DNA of 64,000 bases from Octopus sinensis (GCF_006345805.1 NC_043021.1:11780001-11844000); one strand, 5' to 3'. Numbered from the stretch's first letter, positions 35,328-47,868 are shown. The notes: generated by a model not told the origin, from the letters alone. Numbers and translations are program-made.

Positions 35328-38300
35328 GTGATGGCTATTCACATTGGTTGTTTAAATGTTCATGGCCTGTTGTCAAGCTGGAAGCAAGGACGCTTTCTGA
35401 ATGACATCAGGTCAAGAAATTTGGATGTAATTGTTGCAACGGAAACCCGGGTGAAGGGGCCAAGAGATCTGCTCCCCCTCCTGAACGGCTACGAGAAATA
35501 CGTTTCTCCGAGTCGGGCAGGAGGTGGGGGTGGGGTGTTGGTCCTACTAAAAAGAAACCGGGTAGCCGAGAAAAAGTTGACATTCAGTTGTGGCAAGACA
35601 ATCAGGCTGGTTGCTATTTACGCACCAAACATTATTGGCCCGCAAACTGAATATTTTCGTGGCCTAGGAAAGTTCCTAGCCATGTCGCATTCACTAGTAG
35701 TGTTAGGAGACTCTAATACAATATGTGCAGCACACACAGATTGTGTTGGCTCAAACTTGAACATGAACAGAAAATGTAACCCAGGCTTTCGGGATCTGCT
35801 AAGTCAATTTCAGCTAGCAGATCCATATAGGTTGGAGCACCCGAACACTCCACAGTGGACGTGGTCAAATAGTGACGGGTCTACCAGAACATATCTAGAT
35901 AGGATTTTAATTAGAGAAAAAGATAAGTCCATAGTTGAGTGTCCACAGTTTTTTCTAGTCAGCTACAGTGACCACAAGATGGTTACCTGTAAACTGACGG
36001 TAGATAAGTTGCATAGACAGGGATCTGGCTACTGGAAACTCAATACGTCCCTTTTGGCGATTGAGGAGTACAGAAAGCGGATCAAGATGTTAATACAGAG
36101 GGCATTAACAGTACCATCATTAATAACAAATGGTGGTACGCCCTAAAAAGAGCCATCAAATATGAGTCTATTAGGTTTAGCATAAGTTTAGCTAAGAAGG
36201 GACGTAAAATAGGAGATGGTCTAGTTAAGGAACTAGAAGAAGCCTGGAGGACTGGTAATACAGACCAAGCGAGGGTGAAAAGACTGGAGTTAAACCAACA
36301 TCTTGAAGCCCACCACATGGGAAGTATTACCAGAACTAAGTTACGTGCAATGGGAAGTGAAGGAATCAAAGCCGCTGGATGGGCCCGAGTGGTGGAAGCT
36401 CGGCAAGGAAATAGTTCCTCTATTCGGTCTTTGACGAATCAAAATGGTGTCTTGGTAAACGAACCCGAGAAAATGTGTGAGGTCTTTCGGGAGTACTTCG
36501 CCCAGCTGTTCGGGGGTGACGGCGGTCCTGGTGGTGGGAGAGCCCTCGAGGACTTTCTTACCGGGCTGCCGTGCCTCTCGGGGTCGGATGCGGAGTCTTG
36601 CGAAGAGCCAATCACACCTGAGGAGGTGATGGAGGCTTTGGCCGATTGTAAAGCGGGTAAGTCGCCGGGACTTGATGGTCTTACGTACGAGCTATATAAA
36701 TGTATGCCAGACTTGTTCGGGCAACTACTGACTGACGTGTACGCGAACTGGAAACAGAATGGGTTTATTCCCAGATCTGTGCGCCGGGGAGTAGTGACGT
36801 TGGTCAGAAAGGACCTGGACAAGGGGGACGTTCTAGAGAATTTCAGGCCCATCACTCTGTTAAACGCAGAAGTGAAGATTTTGGCCAAGGTTCTAGCAAA
36901 AAGGTTGGCGCGTGTCGCGAATGGTATAGTCGGGGAGGCACAGACATGTGCCATCCCAGGCAGAACCATTCAGGATACCCTCCATCTTATTCGCTATACC
37001 ATAGAGAGGGTTGGTAATAAATCTGGCAAAGGTGGGGCATTGGTGCATTTGGACCAGTCTAAAGCTTTTGATAGGGTTGACCATCGATACCTAGCGACTG
37101 TACTTGCGCGGTTTGGCCTGGGTCTTGGCTTCCTCAGGAGGTTTATCGCTTTGTACCACAACATTGACTCGATAGTTCGGGTGAACGGTTTCCTCTTGAA
37201 GCCGTTCTGCATCAGACGCTCGGTTCGTCAAGGATGTCCGCTTTCACCACTTTTGTATGTGATGGCTCTCGAGCCATTACTGCAAAGGTTGAGTGGCATC
37301 CCGAGAGAACCAGGACTAGAGGAGTTTGTTGCGGCTTTCGCGGATGATATCACTATCAGTGTAACCACAGTAGCACGCCCACGTGAAGTAGGTAAGACTA
37401 TTGAGGCTTACGAGGAGGTAGCAAGAGCAAAGATTAACCGGGAAAAGTCGGTCGGCTTGCAGCTCGGCACCTGGGTTAGCAAGTCGATGCCTGCGCTGGA
37501 CGGAGGGACCGGTTAAGTTGCTGGGAGTCTGGTTTGGACCAGGCCTCCAGATAGAGAAGAACTGGACGGAGGTATTGAGCAGGGTGGCTGCAGTAGTCAA
37601 GACCTGGTCTTGGCGGTGGCTATCCCTGAAAGGGAGGGCGGATGTGGCCAATGTGTTTATCGCATCGGTCATTACCTACCGCCTGACCGACGTGCCCTGT
37701 CCGGATTCGTGGTTGATCAGGTTGGAGAGACAGTTCTTTCGCTTTTTGTGGAAGGGCAGGTCGCCACTTGTGAAACGCTCTGTCTGCTGTCAAAAGCCTT
37801 TAAAGGGAGGTTTAGAGATGCCTTGGTTAATGATGCGCAGACATGCGTTGAGGTTGAGGCACCTCTGGATTCTCCTGGATAGTGAACGGGTGTGGTCTCC
37901 GCTAGCCAGACAAATGTTCCCTGAGTTCAAGAGTTTTGCGAACAGGAAGCCTGGTGATCTCGTAGACCGAGGTCGAGTGAGTGGCATAAAGAGTGCCGTA
38001 AGGCCCTCTTGCTGTTCCGGCGCTCGGGCAACGCCAGCGGTGGGGGTTCCACACGGATTTTATATAGTGGGTTGGTAGAGTCTGAATGCGACGATGGCCT
38101 GGGGTCGACTCTAGGTCTCGGATTTATTCAACTGGACAGCTTGTTTAATCGTACATTCGGGTTGAGAACGTTGGACAACTTCCAAAAGTCCTTAACCTGG
38201 CAATGCTACAGAGGTGCCTTGCCCGTTTGGGATAAGCTCGCAAGACATGGTAAACGTCAGTCGCCGACCTGTCCAAGATGCGGGGGTACAGGGAAACCGT

Positions 38301-38670
38301 CCCTCACGCTATTGTTCAGTGTCCGGAGATAACTGAAATGTGGGCTTATGCTGAACATCTGTTGTCCGGCGAAGGAAGAGTACGGCTGTCAACTGAGTCA
38401 ATTATAAAAATTGACCCACCGGGAGTTCTAATGAACGATGGTAAGAATTGTTTTCTCACGGTTGTAGCAATAGCAAAAGAGGCAGTATGGAAGACTAGGA
38501 TAAAAGGAATTAAGACAGGCAACTTTATCTCTGGTGACAATTTACGACCCTTTTTTTCTTTTCATTTGAAAAGGAAACTGTGGCTGGAGAAGAGGTGTCT
38601 GTCAGAGTGTACGTTCCAAAAGAGATGGAAGTATGTTGCACGAGTGTTGTGCGTGCAAGGAACCGTGTGA
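35328..38670 (+). pseudogene. LINE ORF2 (AP endonuclease, reverse transcriptase, C-terminal zinc finger), frameshifted
   Basis: APE motifs CLNVHGL, ATET, VLGDSN, YLDRI, SDH; RT motifs LDQSKAFDRVDH, QGCPLSPLLY, FADDI; C-terminal CPRC...H...C; at least four frameshifts (about 36105, 37490, 37950, 38290). Confidence 0.9.
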
Positions 38671-38915
38671 AATGACGAGGGGGAAAAAAAAGGAAAAATA
38701 AAAAGGTATCAGCGGTAGATCGGGACTTGTGGGATCGGAGCGTAACTTGATCATCGCTTCATTTGTATTGTTTTTGTACTGTGTATTCCATTCGATTTTT
38801 ATGTATTGTATTTTATTTTTGAAGTCACATTTATGTAAAATCATATCGATTCACTGATCCCATCAGTTGTACTGTCCATATCTATGTTTGGCCCCCGGTG
38901 GGCAATAAAGAAATT

Positions 38916-39468
38916 CGTATTTCGTCTGCCGTTACGTTGTGAGTCCAAATTCCACCGAGGTCGACTTTGCCTTTCATCCTTTCGGGGTCGATAAATTAAG
39001 TACCAGTTACGCACTGGGGTCGATGTAATCAACTTAATACCTATGTCTGTCCTTGTTTGTCTCCTCTATGTTTAGCCCCTTGTGGGTAATAAAGAAATAC
39101 GTATTTCGTCTGCCATTATGTTCTGAGTTCAAATTACGCCGAGGTCGAATTTGCCTTTCATCCTTTCGGGGTCGATAAATTAAGTACCAGTTACGCACTG
39201 GGGTCGATCTAATCGACTTAATCCGTTTGTCTGTCCTTGTTTGTCCCCTCTATATTTGACCCCTTGTGGGTAATAAAGAAATATGTATTTCGTCTGCCAT
39301 TATGTTCTGAGTTCAAATTCCGCCGAGGTCGACTTTGCCTTTCATCCTTTCGGGGGTCGATAAATTAAGTACCAGTTACGCACTGGGGTCGATGTAATCG
39401 ACTTAATCCTTTTGTCTGTCCTTGTTTGTCCCCTCTATGTTTAGCCCCTTGTGGGCAATAAAGAAATA
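38916..39468 (+). mobile_element. SINE E body/tail-1 chain, three 184-bp units
   Basis: Junctions at 39099/39100 and 39283/4; the whole compound 33563-39468 is flanked by the 15-bp TSD AATATCTATTACGGC (33548-33562, 39469-39483). Confidence 0.9.
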
Positions 39469-39566
39469 AATATCTATTACGGCCATGCAGAACGAAGAGA
39501 TGAAAAAAAAAAAAAATCCGTGCCAGGGGCAGCTACTCTGCATTTACTCATTTCATCGTTCACATC

Positions 39567-39768
39567 ATGTCGGATCATAACTCCCCACTTTGTAATTCAT
39601 CACATTTGAGACTTATCATTAACGCTGATGATGTCGGTTATAGCCAGATCAGAGACGAAGGTATTGCCGAATGCATAGACGCCGGCTCAGTCACCAGCTG
39701 CTCTTTATTGGTGAACGGTGTCTCTGCTAAGTCTATTATTATAGCAAGGTGCTCCAAAGTATCACTCG
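39567..39768 (+). CDS. YDJC: YdjC-family carbohydrate deacetylase, exon 1
   Basis: LRLIINADDVGYSQIRDEGIAECIDAGSVTSCSLLVNG matches the YDJC N-terminus (ADD motif); donor GTATAT at 39769, phase 1. Confidence 0.93.
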
Positions 39769-40627
39769 GTATATTTATTGTTTACATATCTCACACAATA
39801 ACATTCTCAATGGACAATTCTCGCCAAGTCAAAACAATGTAGTTTTGACTCGGCATTTGTTTATTCTGTTTTTTTCTTTGTTTTCGGCAATCTTTCGTCT
39901 CTAGTAGACCTTTCCGTCGATTTCCGTAAAAATTTTTTTTTCTTTACATATGGGCTTCCGGGAACTTTTGAAGTAATGAGAGCGAAAGAGACTAAGAGAA
40001 AGCGATTTTATGACGAGGGAAGTTCTTTTGAAGTTACCGTGCATGGGAAGCATTGATGGACATGTGTGTGTGTGTGTGTGTTTGATGGGGTGTGGCAGAC
40101 AGACAGTATGTTGTGTAAGTGAAGTGTTTCTGTTAGTGTGTGTGAAAGAAAGAGATAACTGACATTTTTTACTCGGTGTATGTGTATATGTATGTATATT
40201 ACTTCAAAAGTTCCCGCAAGCCCTTATGTAAAAAAAAAAAAAATTTTACGGAAATCGACGGAAAGGTCTACTAGAGACGAAAGATCGCCTTGATTTCTTT
40301 TAGCTCGTGTGGGTCACACTTTGCAAATTATATATTGCATTTTATTTACTTTTGTCGTTTTGGGTATTTTTGTTTGTTTTGTTTTTTAAATATAAATCTG
40401 GACGGAGCATGGCTGTGTGGTAAGAAGCTTGCTTCCCATCCACTTAGTACATGGTTCCGGGTTCAGTCCCCCTGTGTAGCACCTTGGGCAAGTGTCTTCT
40501 ACTATAGCCTCGGACCGATTAAAGCCTTGTGAGTAGATTTGGTCGACGGAAATTGAAAGAAGCCCGTTGTATGTGTTCAAATTCCGCCGAGGTCGACTTT
40601 GCCTTTCATCCTTTCGGGGTCGATAAA

Positions 40628-40677
<50 letters not shown>

Positions 40678-41903
40678 ATTATAACAAAAATATGTCTCAT
40701 ACATATTATTGTAGAAAAAAGGAAATAGTAGTCCTTTGGCTGCTATTTCTAAAATTTTCGGTATGTGGTCATGCAACTTGTTGCAAACCTTTATTGTTAT
40801 AATTATATAAGTTTTTACCGAATATGGTCCTTTTCCATACCGAAATACTACTAGGTGAAATTTGTTGATTTTATTAAATTAATTATCTTTCACCCTATAT
40901 CTGTAATGATATATGTATTTGTTATTTGTCTTGGCCACTGATGTTGGTGTGTTTATGTCCCCCGAAACTTTAAGGTTCTGCAAAAAGAGACCTGTAGAAT
41001 AAGTCCTGAGGTCGATTTGTTCGACTAAAGGTGGTGCTCCAGCATGGCCGCAGTCAAATGACTGACACTAAAGAGTAAAAAAATTAAAAGATATATGTAT
41101 ATAATGCCAGTTGATCATATGCCCGAAAAAGAAGTGGACTCTAAACGTTAGAGTGGAATAGTTATGTGTTTACAGACTGGCCAGATAATTAACTTAATAA
41201 TGTTTATTTGGGGATGGCCATATTTGGCCAAATAAACACACATGCTCTATATATTTGGTCTTCACTTGAACCTTGTCATCATTATTATTATAGTTTATTT
41301 GCCAAACTCTGTCGTCCCAAGTCCTATGACCTCGTTAATGATTCTTTATGCCATATATCACTCTTTGTTCTGCTTAACGCATTAGCAAAATATCACTGTC
41401 CCCGAGAATAACAATATCTGTTTCAACGCTTGGTTTCACTTCAAGAATCTTGCGAAACACACTCACTCACGCACGAGTGGACCATCGTCAGTTTCGGCGA
41501 TCAACTGAATTAGCTTGCAAATGGCCGAGAATTTCATGGACACGTGTACATTTCACGTAATTCTCAGGTAGAATCTAGAATCAGCCTGATAGTATGTATG
41601 AAGGTGTGTCTTTGAATTCCAGGTAAAACCCACCAGACGCTCGTCTATATAGGTTCTGTCAAGCCAATTTCACTCACAAAGTGGGTCTTCTTGAGATTTC
41701 ATGCTTACAAGGCTAACTTTTCAATCGTTCAGTCACATTGTACAACCACCTACCCCCACCTCTCCCTCTCCATCTCGCTCCCACCCTCTCCCCCCTCTCT
41801 ATATATGACTGCAATGTTATGACTGAAACAAGTAAAAGATATATATATATATATGTATGTATGTACGTATGTTTATGAATGTTTATATGTATGTGTGTGT
41901 ATA

Positions 41904-41937
<34 letters not shown>

Positions 41938-42662
41938 AATATATACATAATTATATATATAAATATATACATAATTATATATATAAATATATACACACAT
42001 ATATATATACATATATACACACATATATACATATATATATGTCTGTATGTCTGCCTTCAATGCTGGTATGGGTTGGACAGTTTGACAGGAGCCAGCCAGG
42101 TAGAGGATTACCCCCGGCTATTATGTCTGTTTTGGCATTGTTTTTATGGTTGCATGCCGTTCCTAACACCATTCACCCCACAGAGTGGACTGAGTGTTTT
42201 TTACATGGCACCAGCACAGGCGAGGTCAGTTTTGGCACGGTTTTTATTGCTGGATGCTCTACCAAACGCCAACCACTTGAAGAATTTTAGTCAACTTATC
42301 AACTCCAGTACTAATAATCATAATTATTTTGTTTTTGTAAAGGCTGGTTCTTTCTTCTGTCAGTCACTTTTGCTGAACTTCTAAGTTATGGGGACATAAA
42401 CATACCAACACTGGTTGTCCAATGATGGTGGGGAACAGACACACAAAGACACACATATATACATATATGTGTATTTAATTGTTTTGAGAAAGAAGATTGA
42501 TTTGAAATTCTCTCACAATAAAGAGGTTTGGACTTAGAAGTGCTCAAAAGTAACTTGAGACAAAAGATATAAATATGTAATATGAAGAAACAAAAGACCA
42601 GGTAATTCAATCCACAAACATGACTCTGATTAGAGATGGATTTAAAGGACATGATAGATTTA

Positions 42663-42830
42663 AAATATATTGGATTGGTGCATAATTATTGCGGCTTTTT
42701 TTCAACAAATTTTATTCAACAAAAACAATAACAGCATGTAACAAAAACATCTTTAAATGATTATTCCCGGAGCATATTCACCATCTACTTCAATTACTGC
42801 TTCCCATTTGCTTGGCAGATAGTCAGACTG
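42663..42830 (-). mobile_element. Mariner transposase 3' relic with TIR
   Basis: Minus strand reads ...LPSKWEAVIEVDGEY, followed by a TIR-like end. Confidence 0.6.
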
Positions 42831-43797
42831 TCATTTTAAAATGTTTTTCTTAAAAATTGTTATTGTTTTTTATGGAGATGTACTTGCATAGCAAGTGACC
42901 TGATCTGCTTGTTTTAGATTTTAAATATATATGTATGCATAAATGTTGAACAACAAGAATGAGTGCTCAACATCGCAATGGTAGATGGAATTTCTTTATT
43001 TGTGTATTAAGGCTACCATTGGTTTCATGTTAAGAAAAATATCTTAATATCCTAACCCTTTTTCAAATGAATCGTGCAGAAGAATGGTGTTCATCTTAAT
43101 TTGGGATGAAAACAAATGAATTAACTCTACTAAATATTGTGAACACATTTCCTTCCAATTGTTTCTACAAACTCTCTTTCTCCCCCTCCTTCTCTCTCTC
43201 TCTCTCTCTCTCACACAGATACACACACAGAGACACCCCCCCCCCACACACACACAATGCATATAGGTAAATCATGAATTATGTTTACAAGTGTAATGTT
43301 AGACCTGTCATGAATATGTGTGTTTTTTAGGACTTCATCTGTCAAAATATTTTCTTTCTCCCCTGTCCAAAAATGTTGGTTTTTCATTTTTCATTTTTAA
43401 TCACAAGATCTATAAGGATACATGTCATCATCATCATCATCATTATCATTATCATCATCGTCATTTCATCGTTATCATTTTTCATGTCCACTTTTCTCTG
43501 CTTGCATGGGTCAGGCAAAATTCTTAGAGGCAGAATTTTTTTTCTATGGCCTCATTCTCGTCTCATCACCTAATACAAGAGCACTTTCAGTTGGGTCCCA
43601 CCTGCCCCGATAAAGTTCCTTCCATCGCCCTCAAATAACACTTGCTGTATATGGCTGTGTGGTAAGAAGCTTGCTTCCCAACCACATGGTTCTGGATTCA
43701 GTCCCACTGCAAGTGTCTTCTATTACAGCCTCAGGCCAAACAAACCCTTGTAAGTAGGCTTGGTAGATGGAAACTGGAAGAAGCCTGTTGTATATAT

Positions 43798-44010
43798 ATT
43801 GGATCATCCCATAAATAATGTGGTTTTTTTATACTTTTATTTTTCAAAATTAAGATAAACACAGTTCTTTTTAAATCTAAAATATACTCTCCTTCATTTT
43901 CTACAATGCTCTTCCATCTATCTGGTAGACTTGCAAGGCCCCTCTTCCAAAATTCACTTGTCCATGATGAAAAATGCTCCTCCAATACTGTTCTGACTTT
44001 GTCTACAGAA
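43798..44010 (-). mobile_element. Mariner transposase C-terminal relic
   Basis: EFWKRGLASLPDRWKSIVENEGEYI is the typical mariner C-terminus. Confidence 0.75.
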
Positions 44011-45264
44011 TTCATATTGGCGTTAGGAAGGGCATCCAGCTGTAGAAACTCTGCCAGATCAAATTGGAGCCTGGTGCAGCCATCTGGTTTGCCAGTCCTC
44101 AGTCAAACCATCCAACCCATGCCAGCATGGAAAGCAGACGTTAAACGATGATGATGATGATGATCTATGTGTGTGTGTCTGTGTTCATTCCCGCCCACTT
44201 ACTCATTACCACTTGACAATGAGTATTGGAGTGTTTACTTCCTCGTAACTTGGTGGTTCAGCAAAAGAGACTGATGAAATAATTGCCAGGCTTTAAAAAA
44301 AATACCTACTGGGGGTTGATTGATTTGACTGAAAATTCTTCACGATAGTGCTCCAGCATGGCTACAGTCAAATCACAATAAAAGATAATGAGATTGAACC
44401 TGAAACCACATAGTTGTGAAGCAAGCATCTGATACACACAGCCACACCTGCACAAGCACCAATAAAATAATTATATGTGTTATCACGTGATCACGTGACC
44501 GACCAGGCCATCAGATGTTGTTACACATCACTGGTCACAATGCTTTCGCATTGTTTTAGCCTTCGAATGACACCTAAGCGAGCAGGCCAACAGAAGAAAG
44601 AGTGAGAGAAAGAGTGGTGAAAGAGTACAGCAGGGATCACCACCCCCTGCTGGAGCCTCGTGGAGCTTGTAGGTGTTTACGCTCAATAAACACTCACAAC
44701 GCCCAGTCTGGGAATCGAAACCGCGATCCTGCGACCGCGAGTCCGCTGCCCTAACCACTAGGCCATTGCACCTCCACATGTGTGTTATAGTGGGGTTAAT
44801 TAGATTCTCTCTCTTTTCTCTTTACTCTTTTACTTGTTTCAGTCATTTGACTGCGGCCATGCTGGAGCACCGCCTTTAGTCGAGCAAATCGACCCCGGGA
44901 CTTATTCTTTGTAAGCCCAGTACTTATTCTATCGGTCTCTTTTGCCGAACCGCTAAGTGACGGGGACGTAAACACACCAGCACACACACATATATATATA
45001 CATATATACGACAGGCTTCTTTCAGTTTCTGTCTACCAAATCCACTCACAAGGCATTGGTCGACCCAGGGCCATAGCAGAAGACACTTGCCCAAGATGCC
45101 ACGCAGTGGGACTGAACCCGGAACCATGTGGTTGGTTAGCAAGCTACTTACCACACAGCCACTCCTGCGCCTATTGTTAACTCTCCACCACTATCATTTG
45201 TATCAATTTATGAAACGAGATGCATTGTTGTAACTGAGGTAGTAATTTCCTTTTTAATTTCTAG

Positions 45265-45398
45265 GACTTCATCTCAACTTAACAGAAGGTTGTCCTATTG
45301 GGTCCTCATACGATACCCTGACAAATGAAGAAGGATTCTTTCGAGGCAAATTTGGATTTCGAGAAGCCATTGCCAATGGAAAAATTGATTCGGAGGAG
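45265..45398 (+). CDS. YDJC: YDJC exon 2
   Basis: TTTCTAG acceptor; (G)LHLNLTEGCPIG...EGFFRGKFGFREAIANGKIDSEE; donor GTATGC, phase 0. Confidence 0.93.
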
Positions 45399-45420
45399 GT
45401 ATGCATACAGTCTTAATTAT

Positions 45421-45898
45421 CCTTTTCTACTCTGGGCACAAGGCCCAAAATTTTGGGGGAGGGTGTTAGTCGATTAGATTGATCCCGGTATGCAACTGGT
45501 ACTTAATTTATCAACCCTGAAAGGATGAAAGGCAAAGTCAACCTTGGCCGAATTTGAACTCAAAATGTAAAGGCAGATGAAATACTGCTAAGCATTTCAC
45601 TCGGCATGCTAACATTTCTTATTTCTTTATTGCCCACAGGGGGCTAAACACAGAGGGGACAAAGACAGACAAAGGGATAAGTTTGGTTAGATCAACCCCA
45701 GTGCATGCCTGGTACTTATTTAATCGACCCCGAAAGGATGAAAGGCAAAGTCAACCTCGGCCAAATTTGAACCCAGAACGTAAAGACAGACGAAATACTG
45801 CTAAGCATTTCACCTGGCATGCTAACGTTTCTTATTTCTTTATTGCCCACAGGGACTAAACACCCGGTGTGCTAACATTTCTGCCAGCTTGCCACCTT
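45421..45898 (-). mobile_element. Compound SINE E in YDJC intron 2: tail-2 host with two nested tail-1 insertions at site 2
   Basis: Outer 16-bp TSD ATACAGTCTTAATTAT (45405-45420, 45899-45914); junctions at 45618/9 and 45831/2. Confidence 0.9.
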
Positions 45899-47663
45899 AT
45901 ACAGTCTTAATTATGTCTGTCTAAACTTTACTATGTATATTTGTTGTTTTACCATCTTTTTTTCTCTATACCTTCTGCTTCCACTAAAGGTAGTTTAGGA
46001 CAGTCTGCTTTTGTGAAAGCTGTTGTGTATGCAATAATGGCCAATTCATTTCCTTAATGATAGGTGCCTGTATGACTGTGTGGTTAAGAGGCTTGCTTCT
46101 CTACTATGTGGTCCTCAGTTCAATCTCATTGCACAGCCCCTTGGACAAGTGTCTTCTTATATAACATGGCCCTCTGTTGATTATGATGACAAGGGTTCCA
46201 GTTGATCTGATTGACAGAACAGCTTGCTCGTGAACTCAACATACAAGTGGCTGAGCACTCCTCAGACACGTGTACCCTTAACGTAGTCCTCGGGGAGATT
46301 CAGGGTGACACAGAGTGTAACAAGGCCGGCCCCTTTGAAATACAGGTACAAGAGAAACAGGAAGAAAGAGTGAGAGAAAACTGGTGAACGAATTCAGCAG
46401 GGTTTGCCACCACCTCCTGCTGGAGCCTCGTGGAGCTTTAGATGTTTTCGCTCAATAAATACTCACAATGCCTGGTCTGGGAATTGAAACTGCGACCCTA
46501 CAACTACGAGTTCAGAGTTCACTGACCTAACCACTAGGCCATTGCGCCTCCACATCTTATGTAGCTCTAAGCTGATTGAAGTCTTGTGAGTGGAAATTGA
46601 AAGATACCTGACCTGTGCGTGTGTGTGTTTAAAGTCCTTGTGACTTGGCAGTTCAACAAAAGAAACTGATAGAATAAGTACCAGGCTTAAAAAAGATAGC
46701 TATATATATGTATGTGTTTGTGTGTGTGTGTACATATATATATGTATACATACATACATATATATGTGTATGTATATACCATATTTAAATGTGTATAAGA
46801 ATCCCTTTTTTGTCAAAAGTTAGGTTAAAAATGGCTACAATAGCCTGTGTTCATTTTGAAGTTGCTAACTGCATATTGTCCCATACAGTCCACTCAGCTG
46901 GCAAAAATGAACAGGAACTGTATTGCAAACAGGGCCATTGCTAAGCTCCTCAACCCCCAGCAGTCACAGGGGGCTTCTGCAGTTGAGGGGGGCACCATGT
47001 TATGATGAAAGTATGTTGATGAGTCATCTATTTACTTTGGTTAAGAATTAAAACTATCCATGTTAACTGAAAATTTCAAGAAGTAAAATGGGAATACATT
47101 GTACTTGCAAAAGTTCTTGTAAATGTATTACATTGTACCACGAACGTGTACCAGACTTTGTGGATTCTCTATGATGTCTATTGAACATGAACCAACCACA
47201 TGGTTCCGGGTTCAGTCCCACTGCGTGGCATCTTGGGCAAGTGTCTTCTGCTATAGCCCCGGGCCGACCAGTGCCTTGTGAGTGGATTTGGTAGACAGAA
47301 ACTGAAAGAAGCCTGTCGTATATATGTATATATATATATATGTGTGTGTGTGTGTATGTGTTTGTGTGTCTGTTTGTCCCCCTAGCATTGCTTGACAACC
47401 GATGCTTGTGTGTTTACGTCCCCGTCACTTAGCGGTTCGGCAAAAGAGACCGATAGAATAAGTACTGGTCTTAGCTTGAATATTCTGAACTGATCGATGA
47501 TTTTGCAAAGCAAAAGTGCCCCGTGTTTGTCTTTGAAAGTTCCCTGGATTATAAATGTGCTCTTTTATTCATATCTGGAAGTTTTATTTATTGAAATTTG
47601 TAATAGACCTAAATAAATTTAAACTTGTTGTACTTTTAAAGCTGTTCTTTGGGATAACGTGAA

Positions 47664-47829
47664 GGCGCAGGAGTGGCTGTGTGGTAAGTAGCTTGCTAAC
47701 CAACCACATGGTTCCGGGTTCAGTCCCACCTGCGCGGCATCTTGGGCAAGTGTCTTCTGCTATAGCCCCGGGCCGACCAGTGCCTTGTGAGTGGATTTGG
47801 TAGACAGAAACTGAAAGAAGCCTGTCGTA

Positions 47830-47868
<39 letters not shown>

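Larger units (their letters stand above)
33629..38915 (+). mobile_element. Full-length, decayed Tx1/L1-clade non-LTR retrotransposon (5287 bp) with a 16-bp TSD
   Basis: TSD CGTATTTCGTCTGCCG at 33613-33628 and 38916-38931; ORF1 plus APE-RT-zinc-finger ORF2. Confidence 0.92.
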
